Origin: a virus
DNA: 41,399 nucleotides
Direction: 5' to 3' (one strand)
IMG/VR virus record: IMGVR_UViG_3300030613_000006
The notes under the pieces are model-generated. The model did not search any database. It saw only the letters and a list, made by a program, of their open reading frames with translations, and was not told the DNA's origin. Shown in pieces: positions 15,926 to 22,187 of this stretch (its first letter is position 1; each line of letters begins with the position of its first letter). The position numbers and the translations under genes are program-made.

Positions 15926-15973
15926 GCAGCAGCCAAACGCTGTAGTCAAGAAGTAATGGAGTTAAAAATTTAA
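15926..15973 (+). pseudogene. 3' fossil of a gene end (..AAAKRCSQEVMELKI*), homologous to the 3' end of the C5 methyltransferase gene
   Basis: 15929-15973 and 18709-18753 are identical at 38/45 nt, counted position by position. Both end in TAA. An in-frame stop lies only 18 codons upstream, so it is not an intact gene. Confidence 0.6.
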
Positions 15974-15986
15974 GGAGGAAAAAATA

Positions 15987-16151
15987 ATGGCATTCGGAAA
16001 GAAACCAGTACCAAAGTCTAAACCAAAGGCGCAACCAAGCCCGTGCCGCCCACAGCCAAAGGATTGGGAACAACAACTAGACAAAGATGGACTTTTCAAT
16101 CCCGATGTTCCACGACCCGGTGGCGAAATAGATGTGAAAGGAGAATATTAA
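15987..16151 (+). CDS. Hypothetical basic/Pro-rich protein (54 aa)
   Basis: TAAGGAGGAAAAAATA RBS. Ends 1 nt before the next ATG. Below the track cutoff. Confidence 0.55.
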   Translation: MAFGKKPVPKSKPKAQPSPCRPQPKDWEQQLDKDGLFNPDVPRPGGEIDVKGEY

Positions 16152-16152
16152 A

Positions 16153-17076
16153 ATGGCTACAGAAAAAGCGATAACCCTAAGAGAACCGCAAGCGTTAGCC
16201 AATCTGGGAGAGGTGCAGGTATTTGCCGATACCTGTTTTAAGAGTGGGTTGTTCCCCGATTGTAAATCGCCCATTGAGGCAGTTATGAAAATTGTTGCTG
16301 GCAGGGAATTGGGCATACCCGCCCTAATGTCATTACAAAAACTCTATATTGTTAATGGCAGAATGGGTTTGGCTGGCGAGGTTGCTGTTGTGTTATTGCA
16401 AAGGGCACACTACGAGATAAGCCACAAATACGACAATAGGGATAATCCCACAGCTTGCGAGGTTACTTTAACACACCCACAAAAGGGTGCCTTTACATGG
16501 AGATTTACAATGGCCGATGCAAAGAGAGCAGGACTGGTTAAGCCTAATAGTGCCTGGGAGAAATTTCCGCAGGACCTACTTTACTATCGTGCTTTAATGA
16601 GTGCTGCCCGGAAGTTTGCACCCGAAGCATTAGGCGGGATCGGTTATACCCCAGAGGAACTCCAATCAATCATCATTGAACCAGTTGAATCAAGTGTTAA
16701 GCCAGCATCATTAGTTGACACAGCTAAAGAACTCGGTGCTATAGAACTTCCAAAGATACCTCTTCTCAATAAGAAATACGGAGTAAGCCTAGAGTTTTGC
16801 TGGCATAAGGAACATGACAATGACGCATGGCAATCAGGACAATTCGGCAGTTATCACAAGGCGGGCAAAACCGCAGACACGCCAAAGGGCTTCTGCAATT
16901 TCAGGGACAGACTAAAGCCCATTGCGGCAGAGATAGCCAAAAGTCGGGACTGGGATGCCGATGCCATGAACGAAGTAATCAAAGAGAAATATGACAATAG
17001 AACATGGTCAAAATTGAGAGAGGAAGAGCAATGTCTCTTTCTCGAATCCCTTATAAATTCCGAGGAGGCACGGTAG
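16153..17076 (+). CDS. Single-strand annealing protein, RecT/Red-beta-like (putative)
   Basis: Segments AVMKIVAGRELGIPALMSLQKLYIVNGR and TMADAKRAGL....SAWEKFPQDLLYYRALMSAARKFAPE resemble RecT-type recombinases. Adjacent to the PD-(D/E)XK nuclease. Confidence 0.55.
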   Translation: MATEKAITLREPQALANLGEVQVFADTCFKSGLFPDCKSPIEAVMKIVAGRELGIPALMSLQKLYIVNGRMGLAGEVAVVLLQRAHYEISHKYDNRDNPTACEVTLTHPQKGAFTWRFTMADAKRAGLVKPNSAWEKFPQDLLYYRALMSAARKFAPEALGGIGYTPEELQSIIIEPVESSVKPASLVDTAKELGAIELPKIPLLNKKYGVSLEFCWHKEHDNDAWQSGQFGSYHKAGKTADTPKGFCNFRDRLKPIAAEIAKSRDWDADAMNEVIKEKYDNRTWSKLREEEQCLFLESLINSEEAR

Positions 17077-17110
17077 AACCCCGTCAGACGGCACAGTTTA
17101 ACGAAATTGA

Positions 17111-17140
17111 GGGGGTTAGGCAGAATAAAGCCTAACCCCC
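17111..17140 (+). terminator. Perfect 11-bp G+C-rich hairpin after the annealase gene (terminator-like, no U-tract)
   Basis: GGGGGTTAGGC (17111-17121) pairs with GCCTAACCCCC (17130-17140) around the loop AGAATAAA. Lies 35 nt after the stop at 17076. Confidence 0.35.
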
Positions 17141-17158
17141 CATGGATAGGAGGAAATA

Positions 17159-17557
17159 ATGGACACTTCAGAAACTTATATCAAGATGTGTGAGAAGGCA
17201 ACGGAGATACACAAGGGGGGTAATGTTGTCTACACCTACGGAGACTATTTTGTTTATCAAGGTACTATTTATATCTGCAATGATATGATAATGGCATCTA
17301 AACCTGGTTATCTGTGGCTACCCCGCCAAGACCAGCTACAGGAGATGCTAAAGGGGCTTCAGGTTGATTCCCATGTACCACGCAAGCAAGTATTGGCTTT
17401 ATGGAAATGGATAGCTAGCACCTCACCTAAACCAGATGATTCAATGGAACAGCTCTGGCTTGCCTTCGTAGAGAAAGAGAAGCATAACAAAGTCTGGGAT
17501 TCTGAAAAGGAGGATTGGATTCACTCAAATGATAGACCTACGATGCCCAGAATGTAA
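17159..17557 (+). CDS. Hypothetical phage protein (132 aa; YIKMCEKATEI...WLPRQDQLQEML motif)
   Basis: TAGGAGGA RBS. I recall the MCEKA...WLPRQDQLQEM pattern as recurrent in phage genomes, with unknown function. Confidence 0.65.
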   Translation: MDTSETYIKMCEKATEIHKGGNVVYTYGDYFVYQGTIYICNDMIMASKPGYLWLPRQDQLQEMLKGLQVDSHVPRKQVLALWKWIASTSPKPDDSMEQLWLAFVEKEKHNKVWDSEKEDWIHSNDRPTMPRM

Positions 17558-17900
17558 AAGTAATAGGGTAAATGCGCAATACCCCAATATCCATTGCCTA
17601 GCTTGCGGGAACTCGGATACCCTTGAAGATTATCCTATATCCCATGAACACCATAGGACGATGTGCCAAGATTTCGGTGGGCTGGCACCGCCCTATTGCG
17701 GTGAACCGACAAAACTCTTTAAGAGGGAAACAGAGGAGTTAGAAAGTGGGGCTATCCTATCAAGACAACCCGAACCCACGCCACAAGTAAGTGAGCTAAC
17801 CCAGATTAAAGGACAACTCAGGTATCTTCAGGGACAATTTAATGAACACCTCGACCGATCCAAGAAAAGAGGAAAGTATGAACAATATACTACTACGTAA
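17529..17900 (+). CDS. Zinc-ribbon protein (123 aa; CPEC...CLACG)
   Basis: ORF with two CxxC pairs at the N-terminus. Overlaps the upstream gene by 29 nt. Confidence 0.55.
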   Translation: MIDLRCPECKSNRVNAQYPNIHCLACGNSDTLEDYPISHEHHRTMCQDFGGLAPPYCGEPTKLFKRETEELESGAILSRQPEPTPQVSELTQIKGQLRYLQGQFNEHLDRSKKRGKYEQYTTT

Positions 17901-17942
17901 TATACTATATACGTTAGTTAAACCTAATAAAAGACATACGTT

Positions 17943-17980
17943 TGAGACTGTGGCGTTAATGGCGTTAATAATTAGTCTCA
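17943..17980. repeat. Inverted repeat TGAGACT / AGTCTCA enclosing two GGCGTTAAT 9-mers
   Basis: A 7-bp stem (17943-17949 with 17974-17980). The loop carries GGCGTTAAT at 17952-17960 and 17961-17969. Confidence 0.7.
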
Positions 17981-17986
17981 GGCAAA

Positions 17987-18031
17987 GTTAATGGTAGTTA
18001 ATGGAGTTCACGGAGTTGATGGAGTTAAAGA
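17987..18031. repeat. Five tandem 9-mers (GTTAATGGT AGTTAATGG AGTTCACGG AGTTGATGG AGTTAAAGA): iteron-like array
   Basis: Read directly from the sequence. They share the GTTAATGG core with the two 9-mers at 17952-17969. Confidence 0.8.
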
Positions 18032-18032
18032 T

Positions 18033-18077
18033 ATGAATCCTTACTTTAAGGATAAGTGGGTAACAATCTATGGATAA
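18033..18077 (+). pseudogene. 14-codon leader/fossil ORF (MNPYFKDKWVTIYG*) overlapping the methyltransferase start
   Basis: GGAG lies 8 nt upstream. The stop is at 18075-18077 and the methyltransferase ATG at 18070 is in another frame. From memory, the sequence resembles the N-terminus of N4/N6 DNA methylases (..VT[IL]YHGD). Confidence 0.45.
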
Positions 18078-18753
18078 ACCTAAACTTCTAGACTTATTCT
18101 GCGGTGCAGGTGGAGCAGCTATGGGCTATCACCGCGCTGGCTTTGAAGTAATCGGCGTGGACATTAAGCCTCAGCCTCATTACCCCCTTGAGTTCCACCA
18201 GGCGGATGCCTTGACATTCTCCCTTGAAGGATTCGATGCCTACCATGCAAGCCCGCCATGTCAGGGGTATGGCATCACTCGAAATATTCATACCTGCAAA
18301 GACAAAGATTATCCCTTACTAATACCTGATATACGACAAAGGCTAGTAGGGACTGGCAAGCCATTAGTTATTGAGAATGTCCCTGGAGCCCCCCTGCAAT
18401 ACTCGATTATGCTTTGTGGACTGATGTTCGGGCTGAAAGTTTTAAGGCATCGCATATTCGAGATTAGCTTTTATTGTATGCAACCCGGGCATCCTTATCA
18501 CAGAAATATTAAAATCGGCAAAGACGGCTTTTGTTGTGTGGTTGCTCATAGCGCAGTCAAAGGTAATTCTAATTTTCAATATCCTGCCCGAAAAGCTATG
18601 TGGGTAGAAGCCATGAAGGTGGATTGGATGACGAAATACGAATTAACTCAGGCAATCCCCCCAGCCTATACTGAATATATCGGCAAGTATTTAATGGAGG
18701 CAGCGTTAGCAGCCAAACGCCGTAGTCAAGAGATTATGGAGTTGGAAGTTTAA
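18070..18753 (+). CDS. dcm: DNA (cytosine-5) methyltransferase, compact form (227 aa)
   Basis: Motif I DLFCGAGGAAMGY, motif IV SPPCQGY, motif VI VIENVPG, motif VIII RHRIFE and motif X-like QAIPPAYTEYIG. The target-recognition region is very short. Confidence 0.85.
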   Translation: MDKPKLLDLFCGAGGAAMGYHRAGFEVIGVDIKPQPHYPLEFHQADALTFSLEGFDAYHASPPCQGYGITRNIHTCKDKDYPLLIPDIRQRLVGTGKPLVIENVPGAPLQYSIMLCGLMFGLKVLRHRIFEISFYCMQPGHPYHRNIKIGKDGFCCVVAHSAVKGNSNFQYPARKAMWVEAMKVDWMTKYELTQAIPPAYTEYIGKYLMEAALAAKRRSQEIMELEV

Positions 18754-19745
18754 TGCCAGAACAATTAAGCTCTAAATTAGAGGAACTTCTCAAGACTGCT
18801 CAAGGCAAGGAAGTCAGCCTTGACCAATTAAGGGCTGAATTGAGGATAGAGCCTGGAACAAAGCCATGGCATAGCATAAGGGTTCTAATGCACAACCTCG
18901 CAGAGAGAAAGGTTGTCAAGCCATCCGGCCGCAAGGACGGTATTTATAAGGTTATCCAGCAGATCAAGCCAATCAGGGTTTTCGGGAGGGAGCGCCGGCC
19001 GCCGGTAAGGCTAAACTTCCCGACAGCGAGGGATACGGGGTTGGAATTAAGTTTCGCAGAGGATATAATTTTTAGAGAGGGTGATATGGTTTTATTGTCC
19101 GGCCAGTCAAATTACGGCAAGACTGCGCTATGCCTTAACTTCTGCGGGGAAAATCTGGATATGTGGCCCAACCTAATGGGAAATGAATATACCTCCGTAG
19201 AAGATGAGCCTATGCCGAGATTTCTAAATAGACTTGACAGCATGGATTGGGTAGAATGGATAGATGATGAGGGGCAAGAGCGATTTACCTTATTGCCAGT
19301 TCGTGCCGATTATGCCGAACACATCATTAAGGATAGGCTGAATATCATCGACTGGGTAAATCTGCCAGGAGAATACTATATGATTTCGCCGGTCATGGAA
19401 GCGATAAAGCATGAATCGGGCAGGGGTATTACTATTATAGCCCTTCAAAAGAATCCTGGCGTTGAGTATGGACGAGGTGGCAACCTGACTAAGGATTTTG
19501 CGGATTGCGAATTATTGCTGGATAAATTCGGTGAAGGCGGTGAGGTTTTACTGACGATAGGCAAGGTTAAAGAGTATCGGAGGCCAGTTACGGGCAGAAC
19601 ATTTGCTTATCAGGTGGCTGATGGTGTCAAGGTAATGAACTTCCGTGAGGTTGTTAAATGCCTGCCCTGCAGAGGGACGGGGTTTACACGTAGCGGACAG
19701 TGTGAAGCCTGCGATGGTAAGGGTAAAACAAATAAGGACTTTTAG
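18753..19745 (+). CDS. Helicase-like P-loop ATPase (DnaB/RecA-fold) with an N-terminal winged-helix-like region and a C-terminal DnaJ-type zinc finger
   Basis: Walker A GQSNYGKTA, a Walker-B-like LNIIDWV and an ITIIALQKN segment. The C-terminus carries CLPCRGTG and CEACDGKG (two CxxCxGxG repeats). Confidence 0.55.
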   Translation: MPEQLSSKLEELLKTAQGKEVSLDQLRAELRIEPGTKPWHSIRVLMHNLAERKVVKPSGRKDGIYKVIQQIKPIRVFGRERRPPVRLNFPTARDTGLELSFAEDIIFREGDMVLLSGQSNYGKTALCLNFCGENLDMWPNLMGNEYTSVEDEPMPRFLNRLDSMDWVEWIDDEGQERFTLLPVRADYAEHIIKDRLNIIDWVNLPGEYYMISPVMEAIKHESGRGITIIALQKNPGVEYGRGGNLTKDFADCELLLDKFGEGGEVLLTIGKVKEYRRPVTGRTFAYQVADGVKVMNFREVVKCLPCRGTGFTRSGQCEACDGKGKTNKDF

Positions 19746-20195
19746 GGACCTTAACAACTAAATAGCTTGCTCGGCTCGGAAGAAGCTCATTGCAACTCCA
19801 CTCGGGAAACGCTCATTGCGAATCCCTGAGCCGAGCAAGTGCCTGAGCTGGGGATGAACTGGGCGTTGAGGTTCATGACTGGGAAACCCAACGCAGAAAA
19901 GGCCACAGTTCTGCCCACCAGTGCGGAAATGCGGAAGCTCGCTAAGGATAAAAGACTACGAGAGGCTAGTTCAGTAATAGCGGAAGGCTCAGGCAGTGCC
20001 AGCTACCCTAGCAATAGGGCAAGGACTAACCTAGAGCGGTAGGAGTTCGGGACCGCCGTAAGGTGCGGGCGATCGACTTTCCTACTAGCTGGCCCGCGAC
20101 CCCTGCTGGTGTCGTGTCTGAGGGCGACTTAAATCAGGGATGGAGTAGTGACGAACCGAGCCAGCAGGGGCAGAATAACTTAACAGGAGAGTAAA
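19746..20195 (+). ncRNA. Candidate large structured RNA or origin region (~450 nt noncoding, G+C-rich, many long stems)
   Basis: Stems found by eye:
- 19765-19777 with 19828-19840 (13 bp).
- 19841-19849 with 19986-19994.
- 19854-19859 with 19871-19876, interleaved with 19863-19868 with 19889-19894 (pseudoknot-like).
- 20006-20010 with 20015-20019 (GCAA tetraloop).
- 20065-20070 with 20092-20097.
- 20100-20109 with 20161-20170 (10 bp, perfect).
No convincing ORF or RBS. Confidence 0.35.
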
Positions 20196-20420
20196 ATGAA
20201 AAAACTTTATAAAGTTGAGGCAAGTTGGTATGTCATGGCTGAAGATGATTCTGAGGCATCGTCTTTTAAGCCGCATGATTTAATGGCTTGTGATGTACTT
20301 GCTTTTGAAGCCGCAGAGGTTGGCGTTGATTCAAGTTGGTGGGACGCTATCCCGTGGGAAAGCGACAATGATAAAACCTGTGGACAGATAATGAAAGAAT
20401 TGGAGAACTCTAATGGATAA
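20196..20420 (+). CDS. Small acidic protein (74 aa; 16 D/E versus 6 K/R)
   Basis: CAGGAGAG RBS. First gene after the structured block. Confidence 0.65.
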   Translation: MKKLYKVEASWYVMAEDDSEASSFKPHDLMACDVLAFEAAEVGVDSSWWDAIPWESDNDKTCGQIMKELENSNG

Positions 20421-20751
20421 AGAAGCAATAGAGACGATAGCACAAAACATTTGCTCTTGTTGTTTCTATCAGCACCCGGATTGTCCATTCCCCCTTGAGA
20501 AACCTTGCCAAGCTGCTCGCCACTTTGCTGAAGAGTTACTAGCCGAACTTACGTCTCTTGGCCTTGTCCAATTAGACCTAAACCAGAGATTGCCGGTACA
20601 GGCACACTATCTGTCTGAGATGGGGAAGTTTAGTGATACTGAAAGAAGGGCTTATAAACGAGCCCAACAAGATATGCTCACTCCAAAGAACGGCACTGTC
20701 TGGGCAAAAATAAAATGTCCTGATGCGGGATTTAGGAAGGTGAAAAAATGA
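20413..20751 (+). CDS. Hypothetical Cys-rich protein (112 aa)
   Basis: Overlaps the upstream stop by 8 nt. Confidence 0.6.
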   Translation: MDKEAIETIAQNICSCCFYQHPDCPFPLEKPCQAARHFAEELLAELTSLGLVQLDLNQRLPVQAHYLSEMGKFSDTERRAYKRAQQDMLTPKNGTVWAKIKCPDAGFRKVKK

Positions 20752-21119
20752 ATGAACTACTGACACCAGAGGAAATGAAGAAAATTCAACGAGAAGTATA
20801 TGAACTTGATATGGGTATTCAAGAATATAAACAGGTTCTTAGTGAACGAACAGCCCAAGCCCAACATTACAAAGACACTCACCCGCCTAAGCTTGACAAG
20901 CCAGATAGTGAAGGACTTTGGTTCTATACTCGTCCTTATAATGATACAATATTTCTGTGTGTGGTGTGGGATTTTAATGGAGAACTTCGCTACAAAGAAC
21001 TCTGTGAGATATCTTACGATAGACGATTTTTTCTCTGTGATACCGAGGAGACTTCTTGCCCTATCAATGACAAATATTGTAAGGGATATAATTGGCAACG
21101 AGCCATAGTACCTGAGTAG
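20748..21119 (+). CDS. Hypothetical protein (123 aa)
   Basis: ATGA overlap. The competing ORFs 20800..21108 (+) and 20757..21158 (-) lack start contexts. Confidence 0.55.
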   Translation: MNELLTPEEMKKIQREVYELDMGIQEYKQVLSERTAQAQHYKDTHPPKLDKPDSEGLWFYTRPYNDTIFLCVVWDFNGELRYKELCEISYDRRFFLCDTEETSCPINDKYCKGYNWQRAIVPE

Positions 21120-21128
21120 GAGAAGACG

Positions 21129-21614
21129 ATGAATATATTGTGTAGATTTGGCTTTCATAAATGGCTTGAGTGGTTTATAGATACAGAAGATTTAAGTAGG
21201 GGTTCTTACAGGGAGTGTCGCAGATGCGGGAGAAAACAGAAATACAGGTTTTATAGTAACTGGACAGACGGATGGGCTGATAATCCAGGAGATTTATCCA
21301 TGACACACAAAACAGATAAACCTAAAACGGCTGAGAAGTGTCCTATGTGTGGTGAATATGAATCTCACTTTGTCCCACCTTGTTTGGGCAAAGAAGGATT
21401 TTTTGTGTGTAAACCTAAACCAGATAAACAGATAAACACACCCCTCAAGGTAAACCAAGACTGTGAATCATGTGCCTTACACGAGGCTATGAAACAGGAA
21501 GTAGCCAAGGGGGTATTTGATAGGATTGAAAATGCTGGTTTTGGCATACCATTGGCACTAACTAAGCAATCCCAAAAAGACTATCAGCAACTTAAAAAGG
21601 AGTTTGGATTATGA
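21129..21614 (+). CDS. Hypothetical protein with a DUF1660-like N-terminus (161 aa; LCRFGFHKW...CRRCG)
   Basis: TAGGAGAAG RBS. The N-terminal FGFHKW plus CxxC resembles DUF1660. The C-terminal ..QQLKKEFGL is shared with the next gene. Confidence 0.6.
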   Translation: MNILCRFGFHKWLEWFIDTEDLSRGSYRECRRCGRKQKYRFYSNWTDGWADNPGDLSMTHKTDKPKTAEKCPMCGEYESHFVPPCLGKEGFFVCKPKPDKQINTPLKVNQDCESCALHEAMKQEVAKGVFDRIENAGFGIPLALTKQSQKDYQQLKKEFGL

Positions 21615-21961
21615 AGAAGAAACTACATGAAATAAAAAGACTGAGAAAGCTGGTTGATAAATTTGTTAGCGAATCTGAGCATGAGGCAATAACCAATCAG
21701 GTCTTAAAACTAAAACATGAGGGCATTTCTCCTGCAACCTGGGTAATGTTTGGTATAGACCACGGACAAATATTCTTGATGGATAAACTTATTATGTGCA
21801 AATCCCAGATAGAACAGGAAACAGCCCAGAAGATAAAGGCAGGGATTGAGAAACGCTTTGAAACCAAAGACGTGTCATTCCCTTATTCTGATAAAGTGCA
21901 AACTTTTTACCAAATTTCTCAGCCGGTGTGGCAACAATTCTGGAAGGAGTTTGGGTTATGA
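21611..21961 (+). CDS. Hypothetical protein (116 aa), C-terminal paralog of the previous gene (..QQFWKEFGL)
   Basis: ATGA overlap. Its 18-nt junction AAGGAGTTTGGrTTATGA matches the previous gene's junction at 17/18 positions. Confidence 0.6.
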   Translation: MKKKLHEIKRLRKLVDKFVSESEHEAITNQVLKLKHEGISPATWVMFGIDHGQIFLMDKLIMCKSQIEQETAQKIKAGIEKRFETKDVSFPYSDKVQTFYQISQPVWQQFWKEFGL

Positions 21962-22185
21962 GGAATGAACTGATAGGAGTCTTAGAGGCTGCCTACCCTG
22001 ACGTCCAGGACAGGAGGCAACACGAAAAAGCAGTCGAGCAAATAGAGATACGCTTTGAAAAAGAGACCAGCAAAAGGCTCATTGAGGCTCTGGGGATATT
22101 CATGGCAGCCTATGAGGCGAAAACAAAAGAGTACGGCGATGATGTTTCTGCGCCGGCATTTCAAAAGTATGGTGAGGGAGAGTAA
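21958..22185 (+). CDS. Hypothetical protein (75 aa; start refined to MRNELIGVL)
   Basis: The ATG at 21958 overlaps the upstream TGA. Confidence 0.55.
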   Translation: MRNELIGVLEAAYPDVQDRRQHEKAVEQIEIRFEKETSKRLIEALGIFMAAYEAKTKEYGDDVSAPAFQKYGEGE

Positions 22186-22187
22186 TA

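Noticed and set aside
19839-20042. 67-aa ORF (GTG start) inside the structured noncoding block
   Set aside because: There is no Shine-Dalgarno sequence before the GTG or the internal ATG (19854), in a genome where nearly every gene has GGAG. The region is dominated by long-range complementary segments. It is kept only as the alternative hypothesis to the ncRNA call.
19746-20195. tRNA, tmRNA, RNase P, SRP RNA, hammerhead or group I intron identity for the structured block
   Set aside because: There is no GTTCRANYC T-loop with a matching acceptor stem, no CCA-adjacent tRNA-like end, no CUGANGA...GAAA hammerhead core, and no RNase P GGAAAGUCCGG-type box. The flanking genes are complete with their own stop, RBS and start, so a spliced intron is unlikely.
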